NCBI RefSeq assembly: GCF_006345805.1
Contig: NC_043008.1
Location: forward strand, 22,754,001 to 22,818,000
Length of the DNA stretch: 64,000 nt
From: Octopus sinensis
Lineage: Eukaryota
Direction: 5' to 3'
Below are positions 63,369 to 64,000 of the stretch, in pieces. Every line of letters begins with the position of its first letter. The stretch's first letter is position 1. The position numbers were made by a program, and so were the translations under genes. The notes below the pieces were generated by a model. It ran no database searches and was not told the DNA's origin. It saw nothing but the letters and a program-made list of their open reading frames with translations.

Positions 63369-64000
63369 AGGCAGTAGTGCACACTGCACTCAGCCTTTCA
63401 GAGACATGACCTCTTCCCAGTGCCTATCTACCTGGAGATCTGGTCCAAACCAGACTGAAGTTCTTTCACCAAGACCCCCCCCCCGCATTCCAAACAACAA
63501 AAAATTGCTGCCCTCCACCCCCCACCCCCACCCATTTCCCAGAAGGATGAAAGAAAGCAAAGTTGATCCCATTACAAGTTGGATTTAAATTCAGAAAGAA
63601 AACAAAAGAACACTAATGATAAAGTTTTATAGTTTTCAGATTTTTGAAAGCATGTCACAGAATGAACTAAACAAAACAGTCATATGCCAGTGGGGGAAAT
63701 GTCAACGCTTCAGAACAAGAGGTCCTATTTATGTTATTTCCTGGGCAATGCTGCCTACCTTCTGAGCTGCATGGTATTTCAGAAATGTTCATACTCCATT
63801 CTGACATTTAATTACTTGCCTAAAGTTCATATTTTCTTCTTCTTCTCCTCAACTGTCTACCACTGTGAGACAGAGGGATGGGTGGCCTGCGTGATTGTTT
63901 GACCTGCTAAAAATAGCTGCCAAATCTCTTGTCTTAAATTAGGAAATGACACGTTCTGTCTTTTTTTAAAGAATGTCGTTCTAAATAAGTTATGTCAGTA

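Overview
AT-rich, repeat-dominated animal genomic DNA. The SINE/RTE/(TA)n/(CA)n landscape suggests a cephalopod, probably Octopus (inference). The only host coding sequence I can support is two spliced minus-strand exons (4288-4379, 2958-3063) of an SLC35A4-like nucleotide-sugar transporter, whose downstream exons lie left of the window. The rest is mobile DNA: a full-length 4.7-kb RTE LINE (EN-RT-PHD, frameshifted, 12-bp TSD, inserted in a SINE), many RTE 3' fragments, three tRNA-headed SINE families, hAT and piggyBac-type MITEs, non-autonomous Helitrons, and mariner, Tigger, Chapaev-like, R4/Dong-like and BovB-like relics. The most interesting signal is a set of sequence-unrelated non-coding elements (three clear, one variant, one decayed) that each carry a type I minimal hammerhead-ribozyme motif with a palindromic or near-palindromic stem III. 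They sit in or next to (TA)n tracts, and most show the inverted and/or tandem architecture of Penelope-like pseudo-LTRs or retrozymes. They include a 355-bp highly self-complementary unit with a U3:A8 compensated core and a 558-bp tandem unit predicted to release a unit-length RNA. Ribozyme activity is inferred from manual motif matching and is untested. Most of the ORF track is microsatellite or repeat noise.
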